DNA of 63,664 nt, filler included, from Globobulimina sp. (GCA_003354225.1; 46 parts of 46 records of this genome joined end to end with filler, not necessarily neighbours in it); one strand, 5' to 3'. Counted from the whole stretch's first letter, positions 13,438 to 26,356 are shown. Numbers and translations are program-made. Notes: generated by a model not told the origin, from the sequence alone.

Positions 13438-14390
13438 GTGGTGATCGGACAATAGTCAGTGTGCAGTCTGTAGAAATGGAGTAGTATTCCGATCAAACAT
13501 GGTAACAAATTAAGGGATGCATTCAATATGAAATGCAGTGATTGTATCTTTTTCTCTGATTCTAAGTGTTGGTAACAATAAGCCATGCTCATCTGAATTA
13601 TATGACAACATTTGACCACATCCATCACACGATTTTTCATACAAATCATTGTATTCACTCAACCAAACTACTAATCGATGCAATATAATTATTGTTGAAT
13701 TAATATTATTCTCCTTTTTTTTATTTATTTTTCTACGAATTTGTTTATGAAATATTCTCGAATTAATTGTTAATTNNNNNNNNNNNNNNNNNNNNNNNNN
13801 NNNNNNNNNNNNNNNNNNNTTAATTAATTAANNNNNNNNNNNNNNNNNNNNNNNNNNNNNNNNNNNNNNNNNNNNTATTTACGGCCTAGCGCTGCCTATG
13901 TTGTGGATATAGTTTTTAAAAGGCACTTTTTGTGGGACATTTGATGCTATTCGGTTTATTTCAGCGTGTGTTGCAAAAACAAAACGAAATTTTTGTTAAC
14001 TTTTAAATTATAAAATATACAGACAGCGGAATTCGCACAATCAGCGAACTAAATAACATGTAGGCAAGAAAGAAGATCTATGTCCATAAAAACAAACTAA
14101 TTCACATTAATTTTTCAATTTATAAATATACAGAAATATAATAATGAAGAAAGAAAGAAAGAAGAATTCATTAACCGCTCGTACGTTTAATTCATTTGCT
14201 AATTTAATTATTTGCTGAATGCGTTAATTCTATAGCTGCTAAAAAATAGTCAGTCCGTTCAACTCAAGATTTTGAACTGCACTGTGTGAATATTATAAAT
14301 TCAGAATTTGCTTGGAATATTAATCGCATACATCGTGGAATTATTTCTAAAAAATGTTTAAATGGTCGCAAATCGCTGAAACTGCCGCTG

Positions 14391-15039
14391 CCTCGTCCTC
14401 TAAATGGGGCTCCTCCGATTGGTGGCGGATGAAGAGTTATAAATTTCGTCGAATGTTGATGTTGATCGGCATCCCCTTCGCCATCAGTTATGATTTGCTT
14501 ATTGATCGAATTTAATGGTTTGTTCCATTCATTTGCTTTTAATCGAAACCTTAATTAATTCTATAATCCAAACAAAACCATTTAAATGCACTGGGTTTTT
14601 TTCATAGTCAAAAAAAGTATGTTCAAGTCATCATGGCTTCACTGTGTGATATATTAAATTATAATTTATAAATAGCGCCGAACAGAATGTCTCAAAATAT
14701 CTTGAGAATTTGCCTGGAACCGCCGACATCGTGGAATTAATTAAATTCTAAAAAAATGTTCAAAACCAAATCCGATTGGAATCGATCGAATCGCACCGAA
14801 TCGAATGGACAAAATAAAGATTGAGAACTCGACCTCGATCTCGATGATAATATTAATAATAAAATACGAATTTAATCCGCTCCAAATCAGCTAAATTCCA
14901 TTATTTAATGGTTGCAATTAAAAATCATGGCATGGCAAATTGGATTATTTTACAAATGACACAAAGAAAGAGAAAAAAGGATGAAAATGTTGAAAAAGCA
15001 CCACCTCGTCCTCCAAATGGGGCTCCTCCGATTGGTGGC
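14391..15039. repeat. 36-bp direct repeat (14391-14426 and 15004-15039) with a second degenerate duplicated block
   Basis: cctcgtcctc(t/c)aaatggggctcctccgattggtggc occurs twice; acatcgtggaatta..ttctaaaaaa also occurs twice (~14330, ~14727). Confidence 0.8.
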
Positions 15040-15045
15040 TTATTC

Positions 15046-15162
15046 GCCATGGCCTGGGACTTATTAATCAATGTCTACGGCCTGGACAAATCGCGGATGT
15101 ATGCCACCTATTTCGGCGGCGACAAATCCTGCAATTTAGAGTCTGACGAAGAGTCCAGACAA
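15046..15162 (+). pseudogene. Alanyl-tRNA synthetase internal fragment
   Basis: AMAWDLLINVYGLDKSRMYATYFGGDKSCNLESDEESRQ matches the eukaryotic AlaRS motif AWELLT.VYGL...RLY.TYFGGD...L..D.EAR. Confidence 0.75.
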
Positions 15163-15389
15163 NNNNNNNNNNNNNNNNNNNNNNNNNNNNNNNNNNNNNN
15201 NNNNNNTTAATTAATTAANNNNNNNNNNNNNNNNNNNNNNNNNNNNNNNNNNNNNNNNNNNNGCGTCATAGACATAAATGTTTAGTAATATTTATTCGCA
15301 TAATCTCATCCTTTGACTTATCATTAATATTATTATTAACCTCGAAAATATGGAACAAATCGTGGTCCGCGGCCCCATTCCATCCCATT

Positions 15390-15728
15390 GTGATGGAACA
15401 CGTGCAATTTGTAAGTGTGATATCCAAATTATTTATAGAAAATATAGCGCAGCTTTATGTCACTGCTGATTTATTAAATAAATTTTCATCATGGGATCCT
15501 GACACACATCCAACAAAAACGATATTATCACCAATCTCAATTACTGCGTTGGCGGTCACTTGCATTGATATTGCAATGACCATTTATATGTTTTTTGTGT
15601 ACAGCAGGGACAAACACAAACATCCAAGACACCAACTAAAAGGAAGTAATGTACAAATTGGACATTCAGGGCTCGATCACGAAAATTCATCTGGTAATTA
15701 TAAAACTCCTCTTGCTGGGGATATATGA
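15390..15728 (+). CDS. Hypothetical membrane protein, C-terminal fragment
   Basis: 112-aa ORF with a TM helix; FIENIAQLYV resembles XK-like segments. Confidence 0.35.
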   Translation: MMEHVQFVSVISKLFIENIAQLYVTADLLNKFSSWDPDTHPTKTILSPISITALAVTCIDIAMTIYMFFVYSRDKHKHPRHQLKGSNVQIGHSGLDHENSSGNYKTPLAGDI

Positions 15729-16999
15729 CAACTTATATATGTATTAAACTGTTTACATGCAGTGTTTTTTCTGATTAATTTTTAATTTATGTCAAGATTG
15801 ATATCCTTGCACATTCGTTTACGCTCTCACAATAATTACAGTAGTTAGACATTGTCAGATGTTGTTTCTTTTGCATTACTACTGATTGCAACTTGATATG
15901 TTTTTTCATCCTTGACCATTGCGACATTGTTTAGAAAATATAGAACTCCAAATATTATGGTGACGATTGAAACGATTATATTATAAATTTGGCAGTCACA
16001 AATTGTAAATAGAGCCATCATTCCGATTGTCACCGATTTTGTCTTTTTTGTGATGGATACGTTTTGAATCCATCGATTTTCAATCATCAATAAACCAAAA
16101 TCAAATATAAATATCCAACTTCCAAATAATATCGCCACAACTTAGTGGTTTTAGGTTGTTATTTGGAGCAATTAATATGTTAAGTAAGTGCATAATTAAA
16201 TTAACTTTTATAGCGTTGTAATAGATCAATAACTTCCGGGTTTTCATGCATAGGGTACGACTCAATATCTTGAATGGCATGAAGTGTGTATTTCCATGTG
16301 TTGGCAACAAAGAAGAAGATGCACATTAAATTCAGTGTTATTAACAAATTGAAGGCGATATGATGTGACATGATATGAATTTAAGGTTTTTTTTTTAATT
16401 TGCAGCAAAACTTTTAAGTGTCGTAATAAAAAACTTTTAAGTGTCACTAATAAGTGAGAAAGAATGGGAAACTCTGCGAACACTAAAACCGTATCAGATA
16501 ACGTATCACAGCCAAAACATGCACGCAAATACTCCCAAATATTTCAACGNNNNNNNNNNNNNNNNNNNNNNNNNNNNNNNNNNNNNNNNNNNNTTAATTA
16601 ATTAANNNNNNNNNNNNNNNNNNNNNNNNNNNNNNNNNNNNNNNNNNNNATAATAAATGCCATATTAAATATAAGTGATATAAATAATACTGTTATTAGA
16701 AAAATGTTAGGAAAATCCAAATGACAATCTTTGTTTAAACCTTTTTAAGTTTCTTTCTTATTTGTTTGTGATGGTATCTTTTAATTGTTTGCAACGACGA
16801 TATCTGTAATTTTACACTTAAATTTAACTTTATTTGTTTGTTTTGTCTGTTACCACGAACAAAAAAAGAAGGCACGCGAAAGTTACAAAAGTCAATCGAA
16901 AGTTACAGATGAAATCATAGTCGCTTAGACCTACTCATACTTTCAGGGAAAAGAAAGTACAACTTACAATTTTTGGAAAATATAATTAATTCATACATA

Positions 17000-17908
17000 A
17001 TGTCAAATGTTCGAAGTTGTGTAGTATTATTTGCTGTCATTGCAGCATTAATCGTACTCAATACTATACACCTTTTGTTTTCTCTGTTTGGGTTATTTCT
17101 GTTTCTCCATATTCAATTTCATCATTATTATCATAGTTTATATCATTTGAATTGGCATTATGTGTTTCTTTCCTGGTACAGAAATGTTAAATTACCGAAA
17201 AAATCTGAATTGATTTCATATTGTCAAATATTACCTATATTAAAAACACAATCGTCAGCAGATTACATAGTTATAGATGTACGTGATAAATCAGTGGATT
17301 ATCTCGGTGGTCATATTGTTGATTCAGTCAATATTTCAAGTAAGATATTCTATCATTATTTACCAGAAATACTCGCAAAGTACAACGGCAAATCAAATTT
17401 AATTATACAATGCATGTATGCTGCCAGAAGATCTGTAGAATGCATGGAATTTTATGAAAAAGCTGTCACTCAAATTATTGAAAATTACTCGCAAAAAAAG
17501 TCGTTGTCATTTTATTATATGTACACCTTAAAAAAAAGACAAATTCATGCAAATCACACAGAATTTGGTGCGATGTTTATGAATGATACTAAATGGATGG
17601 AAAAACATGTAAATAAAACAAAAATTTATATTAAATGCGATGCTGAAATGTTCCAAAATTTATGTGAGCAAAAATTATATGTGTTACAGGGAGGATTCTT
17701 TGAATTCATTAATAACAAACAAATCAATAAGAATGATACAAATATTATCGCAGATTTTGATGCATCGCAATGGCATGAACTGATGATATGGTCTGATAAA
17801 AGGTTGTATCATAAGAACGAATTTTTTGCCGCCAAAAAATTTCTAGAAACTGGTACACCACAATTGCAGTGTAAAAATTCATACACTGATTTGTCTCGTT
17901 TGCAATAA
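17000..17908 (+). CDS. Membrane-anchored Cdc25/ACR2-like rhodanese-domain protein
   Basis: N-terminal hydrophobic helices, VIDVRD..DYLGGHI.DSVNI, active-site-like loop QCMYAARRS, LYVLQGGF. Confidence 0.8.
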   Translation: MSNVRSCVVLFAVIAALIVLNTIHLLFSLFGLFLFLHIQFHHYYHSLYHLNWHYVFLSWYRNVKLPKKSELISYCQILPILKTQSSADYIVIDVRDKSVDYLGGHIVDSVNISSKIFYHYLPEILAKYNGKSNLIIQCMYAARRSVECMEFYEKAVTQIIENYSQKKSLSFYYMYTLKKRQIHANHTEFGAMFMNDTKWMEKHVNKTKIYIKCDAEMFQNLCEQKLYVLQGGFFEFINNKQINKNDTNIIADFDASQWHELMIWSDKRLYHKNEFFAAKKFLETGTPQLQCKNSYTDLSRLQ

Positions 17909-18036
17909 AAATAAGCCATTCACTTAATTTTGAGAANNNNNNNNNNNNNNNNNNNNNNNNNNNNNNNNNNNNNNNNNNNNTTAATTAATTAANNNNNNNN
18001 NNNNNNNNNNNNNNNNNNNNNNNNNNNNNNNNNNNN

Positions 18037-19270
18037 TCATAACCATATCCCACATTTTTGCAATTCGCAGTCGCCGCCGTTCGGAGCGCAGTTACCAGTG
18101 AGTTTCAGTCAACTGCCAGTCAATGGATATAATGCAAACAGTAATGGACAAATGGCCGCGATACAAATGCACAACAGCGCCAATAGCAGCGGTAGTGGCC
18201 ATAGCGAGAAAAGCGCGCCAGGACAGGGGCAAAATCAATCTTATCCGCCGGTGCCGGTATTGACCCAATCTCACAGCAACCATGAAGACGATGGAGATAT
18301 ACAAGCCTTTATACAAGAAACGATACAAAATATTGACGATGACGAGGATGAGGATGAAGAACATGCGCATTCCATTGAGGCGATGTATGAGCCTGGTCCG
18401 GGACTGGGGAAACTGGCCACGACCTCAAACACACCAAATACGCCCATGGCTATGGAGCAAAAGGAAGAGAAACATGAAGTAAATGGCAATATAGATATTA
18501 CTAACAGTGACTATTTAGATTGTAATCCAATTGAGATATTGCAAGATATTCATAATAAGGAACAGAAGGAACATCATGAAAATTTTATCAATTGCATCGC
18601 TGTGCCGCTGCCGGTACAGATGGACTCAGCCGCTGTTGCGGTGGAGATTCGATCGCGGCCAAATTCCATACAATCGGCGGTGTCGTCGCATCATTCGCAG
18701 TATATGGCTAAATGGGCAGTGTATGGCGTTGGCAATAATATGTCTTATGAGCTTGGTTTGAATCACAATAACAATTTGTCCACGTTTCAACAGATGGATT
18801 GGGAGATTGATGACACTCAGACTCAGCACGAAGAAGAAGACGAGAAAAAGGAAATAATTGATGAAACAAATGGCATTGTACAGAGCCGTAATATTAAGAA
18901 TGTATTCAATGATTGTTTGGCATTAATGACAAACGGACCGGGATGGCACATGTATCTATTTGGCGGCGGCCAGTTGTACTGTTGTGGCAGCAATGCGAGT
19001 GGTTGTTTTAGTATGGGAAAGCATAGAAAGGGCACATACATACAAACTTTGACACAGCACTCGTATTTCAAAACGAATGATATAAAATTGGGTTATTTAT
19101 CAACTGGCAACTCTGGACACCATTCATTTGCGATTACAGAGATGAATGACATCTACGCATTGGGCGAATCTTCACATTATGAATTGGCGTTAGATTCGGA
19201 TGAGATGGCGAAAAACAAAACAAATTATTGGCCAGAACGTATCTCTTTTTTCGATAAAGTCATCATAAGG
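18037..19270 (+). CDS. RCC1-repeat protein, partial
   Basis: VYGVGNNMSYELGL, GQLYCCGSNASGCFSMG, HHSFAITEMNDIYALGESSHYELAL; donor GTACGT near 19270. Confidence 0.75.
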
Positions 19271-19650
19271 TACGTATCCTGAAAAATGTGTGAAATGTGC
19301 CATGGTTTTCAAGCTGACAGGATNNNNNNNNNNNNNNNNNNNNNNNNNNNNNNNNNNNNNNNNNNNNTTAATTAATTAANNNNNNNNNNNNNNNNNNNNN
19401 NNNNNNNNNNNNNNNNNNNNNNNATTGGGAATGTTGATTAAAAATGACTGCGATCGTTATGCAAATGATCTAATGGCACATTAGGTACAAATCGCTATAT
19501 ATTACTTTATTTCAATTTTTCGTATTCTTCTCAATAAAACGGCACGCCAGTTGGCCATTACCGTTTGTTGTGCACTTAATTTTTGATATTTTTATGTATA
19601 GACTTTTTGAGTCCAGGTATTCTATTAAGGCGCAAATATATAATTATCGT

Positions 19651-20625
19651 TTATTGCTTAATTAATTTTTCGGTTTTTATTATCCTTTTGTCATCAATTA
19701 AAAATTGCATTATGTAAAGGCCAGGAGCAAGGTCGACCAGGTTAATGGTTTCAATATCAGAGTAATAGGTTCTTACCGCAGTGCCCATAAAATTCCTGAT
19801 TATTATTTTACTGATTCTTTCGTCTGTGTCAATATGTACATACTGAGAGGATGGGTTAGGATAAATTCTCAAAATAACATCATCCACAACTTTATTAATA
19901 TGAGTTAACTCTTCATCATATAACTCCTGAATAGAGATACTATCAAGTGCACAATTGTATATTCTAATGTCATCTATTATCCCGGGTGTTGTAGCTTCTT
20001 TATTGCCGAACTTTCCAATATATAAATGTTCACCATAACTTGTAATAGTACCTGGAAAATATGTGGTGTCAAAAAGTACACCATTTATATATGTTCTATA
20101 ATATAACCCGTCATATGAACTGCACAAAAAGTACCAGTTGCCAGGAGTCCAATAATCATCATTTGTATAATGTTTAACTCTTATTGAATCAACAGATAAA
20201 TCTGTTTGAAATCTGGCTCTTGCCTGGTTCGTATATAAATCTCCAACAACTCCAATGTGATATTGATAGTATGGTTCTTCATGTGAGGTGAAGGCCTTAT
20301 CGATAATTGCATTATTACCAACACCTTCAAAAGAAACTGTTTTATACCAAACACAAAGTGTTATATTATCCGGGTTAAGTTCTGGATCATCGGCAATTAC
20401 AATATAATCATTAATGCCATCAAAATTGTAGGCACTGGATTCCTGACCAAACCTATCTGTAATTAAATTCGGACCAACCACAATCCCACTGTGTCCATTG
20501 CCACTTTGATCATAAGCATTACCATTAAATGGATAATATGCTACCAAACAGCTGTCAAAGGCAAATTGTCCATATGTACTTGATAAAAAAAATGTCAAAA
20601 TAATCGTAATCAATCTCGTTTTCAT
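19651..20625 (-). CDS. Bacteroidota LamG-like jellyroll protein with a T9SS type A sorting domain
   Basis: Signal peptide, LVAYYPFNGNAYDQSGNG..G...TDRFG...AYNFDG, GIIDDIRIYN, C-terminal IYPNPS...LAPGLYI...KLIKQ; no introns. Confidence 0.92.
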   Translation of the reverse strand: MKTRLITIILTFFLSSTYGQFAFDSCLVAYYPFNGNAYDQSGNGHSGIVVGPNLITDRFGQESSAYNFDGINDYIVIADDPELNPDNITLCVWYKTVSFEGVGNNAIIDKAFTSHEEPYYQYHIGVVGDLYTNQARARFQTDLSVDSIRVKHYTNDDYWTPGNWYFLCSSYDGLYYRTYINGVLFDTTYFPGTITSYGEHLYIGKFGNKEATTPGIIDDIRIYNCALDSISIQELYDEELTHINKVVDDVILRIYPNPSSQYVHIDTDERISKIIIRNFMGTAVRTYYSDIETINLVDLAPGLYIMQFLIDDKRIIKTEKLIKQ

Positions 20626-20810
20626 ACTGCAGTTTTGTATTATTTATTGAGACGTATTATTGTGCTCAAGGTTAAATGTTGAGAGTTGTTTTAATACTTT
20701 TGTCATGTTGNNNNNNNNNNNNNNNNNNNNNNNNNNNNNNNNNNNNNNNNNNNNTTAATTAATTAANNNNNNNNNNNNNNNNNNNNNNNNNNNNNNNNNN
20801 NNNNNNNNNN

Positions 20811-21393
20811 TGCTGCATTGAATAATTTAAATTGTGGTTTGCCGCTTATTCCAATGTCATATCATCCAAATTCCAGTGCACGGACTGGAGCTTTATTGAG
20901 CGATAAAGGCAATGTTAAATATCCAAAAGTCATTAAAGTTGCGTCGACTCATAGTGGTTATGGAAAGATTCGGGCTCAAAACAAAGATGAAATGGACGAT
21001 ATTGGATCCATATTAATATTAAACAAAGATTTTTATACTGAAGAAGGATTGGTTGAAGATATTGATTTTGAATTTAGAATCCAGAAATTGGGGGATAGCT
21101 ATCGAGGATTTAAAAGGATATCAAGTTCATCGTGGAAAAATAATTGGGGCGCAATACAACACGTTGATTATAAGTTGAATGAAACACATTTGTTATGGAT
21201 AGATGCTGCAGCGAACATATTTGGTGGGCTTGATATTTGTGCGTTGGATGTGTTAAAATTAAAAGATGGAAATGAAATTATATTGGAATTGAATGGGACA
21301 GCATGTGGTTTGATGCATGATCATGAATGTTACGATGCCTCCATTATCAGAGATATGGTTATTGAGAAAATGTCAACTATTTATTGTAAATAA
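20811..21393 (+). CDS. Synapsin-like ATP-grasp protein, 5'-truncated
   Basis: YPKVIKVASTHSGYGKI...FRIQKLGDSYRGFKRISSSSWKNNWG...WIDAAANIFGGLDICALD...ILELNGTA matches the synapsin C domain. Confidence 0.85.
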
Positions 21394-21449
21394 ATAAATT
21401 AATTCGTTTGTTTGTTAGTAGTAATACTCTTTTTGTTCACTACAATATC

Positions 21450-22097
21450 ATGAGTTTAAGCGATAATGAATATATGTATATGCCATTCTTTAATGAATCA
21501 GGTCCACCATTATCACCAGTTGCTGGTTATAAATATAAATTGAATGGGTCAGGTCCATCGGCATTATTAGCAACACACAAAATACCTATACCTCCATTAT
21601 ATGAGACTGAGGATGAACATAGCACAGATTCTCAAATATCTGATGATTCGAATCAAGAAACATTGTTTTATAATGAGGAGGATAATTTAATTATGCTTGA
21701 TGATTATAGCTCTATGGCTGATACAATGAGTGATGCGATAAGTGATGACACAGAAACACATTGCTTAACATATCCATTAAATACAAATTCACCAACGGAT
21801 AACGACGAAACTAACGAGGATGTAGTATCCGAAGGATATGTCACAACGCTATTACAAGACAATAACACAAACAATAATCAAGCCATCAAAAGAAAAAATT
21901 TATCAGACATCATCATCCGCGCTAATGCTAATAATCAAGCAACCGAAGGTTTGTCGGTGTGTTTATATGCTTGTGTTTCTGTATAAAGTAAGGATGCACA
22001 CATTTCGTTTTCAGATGAATATACAATGCGCAAATCCTCTCAAATTGAAATTGAAAACAAATTGGCCAAACAAATTATGTCCAGTGGATCCAATGTG
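21450..22097 (+). CDS. Hypothetical acidic low-complexity protein, 3'-truncated, probable intron ~21949-22014
   Basis: ATG-started ORF rich in D/E/S; GT..AG pair near its end. Confidence 0.45.
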
Positions 22098-22380
22098 NNN
22101 NNNNNNNNNNNNNNNNNNNNNNNNNNNNNNNNNNNNNNNNNTTAATTAATTAANNNNNNNNNNNNNNNNNNNNNNNNNNNNNNNNNNNNNNNNNNNNTAC
22201 TCACCTCAATCAACAAAAATAAGTCCAGAATTAGTGACATGGTTCCGTATAAAAATGAGCTGCTGAAAAAACTTCACTATTTTAATTAAAAAAAAACACA
22301 ACATGGTATGGATAACCATTAATCATTGTATTTAGCGCATATGAAAGTAATTACAGTAAAGCTTCAGATTATGAACATTA

Positions 22381-23484
22381 TTGACCTCAACAAAAAGCAG
22401 AGTTCTAATGCAGTTAAAAGGAGATTACGACAGATTGATAGCAAATGCAATCAATCGAAGAAAGAAAAAACAAGAATCTATAACCGGAGATAAACAAAGA
22501 GCTATAGAATGGGAAGAAAAATACAACTCACAAATCAAAATAACAGAAACACTGCAACAAACTCTAAATGCACTGGACCAAAAATTCTGTGCCTTACAAA
22601 TAACCGTTTTGCAAAAACAGCAGTTATATCGAGATTCAATCAATCAATTTCTAAACATCAGACATTGTGCAAATGGTAAAAATGAAAAGGAATTTAAAAT
22701 TAAACATTGCCAAGACATTCATAATGAAATATTGTCACATTTAGAGGACAAAAAATATTCAACCAAAACATTAATAGTGGAAAAAGAAAAGGAGTTAATC
22801 CATGATTATGAGGAGAAAATATCACACTTAAAATTAGAAATTCAACATTTAAAAACAAAGAATATGGAAGGAACTGACCAATATAGAAACAAAATGGACA
22901 AAATACAAGAAGAAAATAGTTGGATGAAGCAGGTTTGCGAAGAAATTGAAACAGAAAATAAAAACATTATGGATGAAAATTCCGCAGTCAATCAAGAACT
23001 TGCTACGTTGCAAACTGATCGAGAATTTTTAATCAAACAAGTTATCGCTATAAAAAAAGAAAATAAACATTTACATTTATTACTTATTGAAAATAATAAT
23101 AATAATAATAATAATGATGAAAACAAACGATTCAAAGTCAGCAAAAAACTAAAACGACCAAAGAGTGCAAATATAAACTATTCGTCGTTCAGTCATTATC
23201 ATACCATCGACAGTGAGAAGGCAAAAAATGAAATTGACGAAAAATTTTATACTGTTATCAACCACTTAAAAAAACAACTAAATGCAGAAAAAGAAAAAAG
23301 CAAAAGATGGCAATATAAATTACAGTCACAAATCCGACAACAAAATGAACTACAAACGTTTTTGTCGTGTTGTATTGATGATGTTCAACATGAAATATCT
23401 CAATATACAAAGTCGAGGGTGTCACTCCGTAAAAAGCGTAAACAATTAAGGCCGCAGTCCGCAATTATAAAAAAATCCAAAAAG
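22381..23484 (+). CDS. Long coiled-coil protein, partial
   Basis: Open frame of ~370 aa with heptad K/E/Q-rich composition. Confidence 0.65.
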
Positions 23485-24413
23485 NNNNNNNNNNNNNNNN
23501 NNNNNNNNNNNNNNNNNNNNNNNNNNNNTTAATTAATTAANNNNNNNNNNNNNNNNNNNNNNNNNNNNNNNNNNNNNNNNNNNNTGTCTTTTTGTCCATT
23601 TACAGTCATTCATATTTGCACATATTTCCATATTATGACATTTTTGTAAATAATAACTAATTTTATCAGGTACGTCTCAGAATGTTTCAGTCTCAGAATG
23701 TTTTGTCATTATTAAATATGAATTACTGCAAAACTCAATCAATATTTGTTGCGCATTCAAATCACTCTCTTTCGCACATAATAAGTGATAATATCGCAAA
23801 CAATATGCAATTCGTAATAAATGATCGCAATTCTTTATAATTTCACCCTCTTTCTCGTTGTTATTATTATTAATAATACAGTTTGTTGTGTCTGTTTTGA
23901 ATATTTTAAAATCAATCTCCATTTTTCATTAATTTCCTTTTTATATGGATTTGATTGTTTTTGTGAGACGGTATTGTACTTTAATGTGACGAAAGCATTA
24001 TATAAGTAGTCAAAGGCTTAGCTGCCAGAAGGTCTAGAAAAGAAAGTTTTGAATTGGTTCCAAGAGATATCGCTTTTGTGATGGATGTGGGTTATCTCTC
24101 AGGAAATTGACAAATTAAACTCCATTAGAATCCAAATAATTCAGGAAATTGACTAAAAACTTCTAAAAAATCTTGTAATAATCGTCCATGGCTCTTAAAG
24201 CTCTTTCATACACATTCATTGGGACTTGTATAGATTTAATTGTTTTTGGGATATGTGCTTTAATCGTTGCTTTCATTTTAATCATTGAGGTGATGCATGT
24301 TTATAAAGGGTATCGAATGAAACATGTATTGGAATTAGAAAATGTAACAGTTCAATTCTGGTAATTCTGGTAATTCTGATACAACATCATCACCAGATAC
24401 ATTTCTCCCATTT

Positions 24414-24870
24414 TTGAGTGCGTTGAATTTTAGCATATACATATTCTATGTATTAAACATGGTTTTGTATATTTTTACTATAATGGAATATGAAATTGAT
24501 GGAACGTGCTATGCGATGGGAATACCCGCCTTTTTATATGGACTCGGCAAGATATCTTTGTATTTGATGTTTCTGTATCGTCTATACTTTGTATATTCCG
24601 ACTCCATATTTCAATACAACACCAAAACATTAGTCATAGTGGGATTTGTTAGTGTTGTCTTCATTTTATTCGTGATGGTGATGAATTTAATCACGAAAAA
24701 AACAGTTATATTGGATGTTGAAGGTCATACATTTTGTGCAGTTCATAACAACAAACTGGTCGTATCCTCACTACTTATTTATGATTTATTGGTAAATATA
24801 GTTTGGTGCTATTTTTTTATTCGTCCGTTGTTGTGGTTAAACAAAATGGAACAAAGCAAAGAAAAAGAAA
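24414..24870 (+). CDS. Multi-pass (GPCR-like) membrane protein fragment
   Basis: Four TM helices, Cys in extracellular loops, YLMFLYRLY..Y..S.F.Y and FFIRPL motifs. Confidence 0.5.
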
Positions 24871-24970
24871 NNNNNNNNNNNNNNNNNNNNNNNNNNNNNN
24901 NNNNNNNNNNNNNNTTAATTAATTAANNNNNNNNNNNNNNNNNNNNNNNNNNNNNNNNNNNNNNNNNNNN

Positions 24971-25257
24971 CATTATCAATACGAACAGATACTCCACATA
25001 AATGTGGTCGGATAATAACGTCAATACTTTGTAAATCTGAAATATTACATTCTTGCAAAGTTGCAGCATCTCTCGAGACACTCAATTTATATGGTAACAG
25101 CCGAAATTGATATATATTTGAAAATAACGTACGGAACACCATATTTCTCAGCAATTTTTTCCTTTAATGTCCTGACTGTGTCATTAGAATTGAACCATAT
25201 GCCTGAACGGGAATAACGACCTCCATCTGGCTCGGTTACTAACAATTGGAGTGACAT
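24971..25257 (-). CDS. Ubiquitin-like domain gene fragment (frame change after GVP: intron or frameshift)
   Basis: MSLQLLVTEPDG...SNDTVRTLKEKIAEKYGVP then, in another frame, DAATLQECNISDLQSIDVII. Confidence 0.55.
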
Positions 25258-25336
25258 TGAACTGTTTGAACTTTGAATATGTAGTTTTTCACAAGTGTGT
25301 CACTTTGATGAGAGGCAAGAACCAAAGTGAAATAAA

Positions 25337-26256
25337 TTACAATTGATATTGATTAGATTGTCCATATGCAGCAGATTGAAAATTGCCAGCCGCAATATTA
25401 TCAATTGACACTTTTTGTGGCAATATATTTTGAATCCAATATGGTGAGTGTTGTTTTGGTTTTTTCTTTTTAGAAACTTGATGGTATCTATTATTGCCAA
25501 ATGCAAATATCATTTTATTTGAATCCTTTGCAACAACCTCCGTATTATAGCTATCATTATGCGAATATCCTTCCATTAACACAACACTATGTTGCTTGCC
25601 ACATTTAATATCAATCGGCTTTATCCTAACAATATTATTAATTTCCTGATTAAATTCTTTATATTGTTCCAGTAACTTAACCGGTTTTGGTTCCGATGCA
25701 TTGGTAAAGTTGCAATGTCCCAATTGACCGTATAAGCCATAGCCCCATGTTACTATTCTCCGATTCTCAATCAATTCGTGCTGTAATTGCACTATTTCCG
25801 TATCATCCATGTCAGTGATTTCCCGATGATATCTTTTCAATGGATTTGCCAATGAATACAACGGTTCAATGATAACAGCATTATGATAATCGCCACAAGA
25901 GATTGCTGTTACTTTATAATCATCAAAATAAGGGCCAGTTATGACCCGCGGATAAAATTCATCATAACTCGGTATCTCATGGAAATATTCACTGTCTTTA
26001 TCATCCTCAATCTCTGAGTTATTGTCAAAAGCACTCGCTGTGTATTCAAAGCCTTCCACGCCAATATTTGTCCAATTTACATCAGCTTTTATACATTTCC
26101 GTTTGGTCCAACCCAAACCGAGTTGCATTAAATTATCCGAACCACAGGAAAATACGCGACCTAATTTGCTCAAAAATAAAGTATGGTCCTCGCCAATAGC
26201 GATATCCACCACTGCAGAGTCAAAATATTTCCCTTCAATCTGCCGAAATTGTGTGA
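25337..26256 (-). CDS. RCC1-repeat protein, 5'-truncated
   Basis: DIAIGEDHTLFLSKLGRVFSCGSD..MQLGLG, ISCGDYHNAV, TWGYGLYGQLGH, IKCGKQHSVVL. Confidence 0.88.
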
Positions 26257-26356
26257 NNNNNNNNNNNNNNNNNNNNNNNNNNNNNNNNNNNNNNNNNNNN
26301 TTAATTAATTAANNNNNNNNNNNNNNNNNNNNNNNNNNNNNNNNNNNNNNNNNNNN

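Noticed and set aside
19446..19575. GTTATGC and GTTGTGC motifs suggesting an attC-like cassette site after the T9SS gene
   Set aside because: Both motifs are in the same orientation and no complementary arm forms the required hairpin
23677..24330. Stop-interrupted minus-strand reading suggesting an alternative genetic code
   Set aside because: Well-supported genes in the window end at TAA, TAG and TGA and have no in-frame stops, so this is better explained as pseudogene decay
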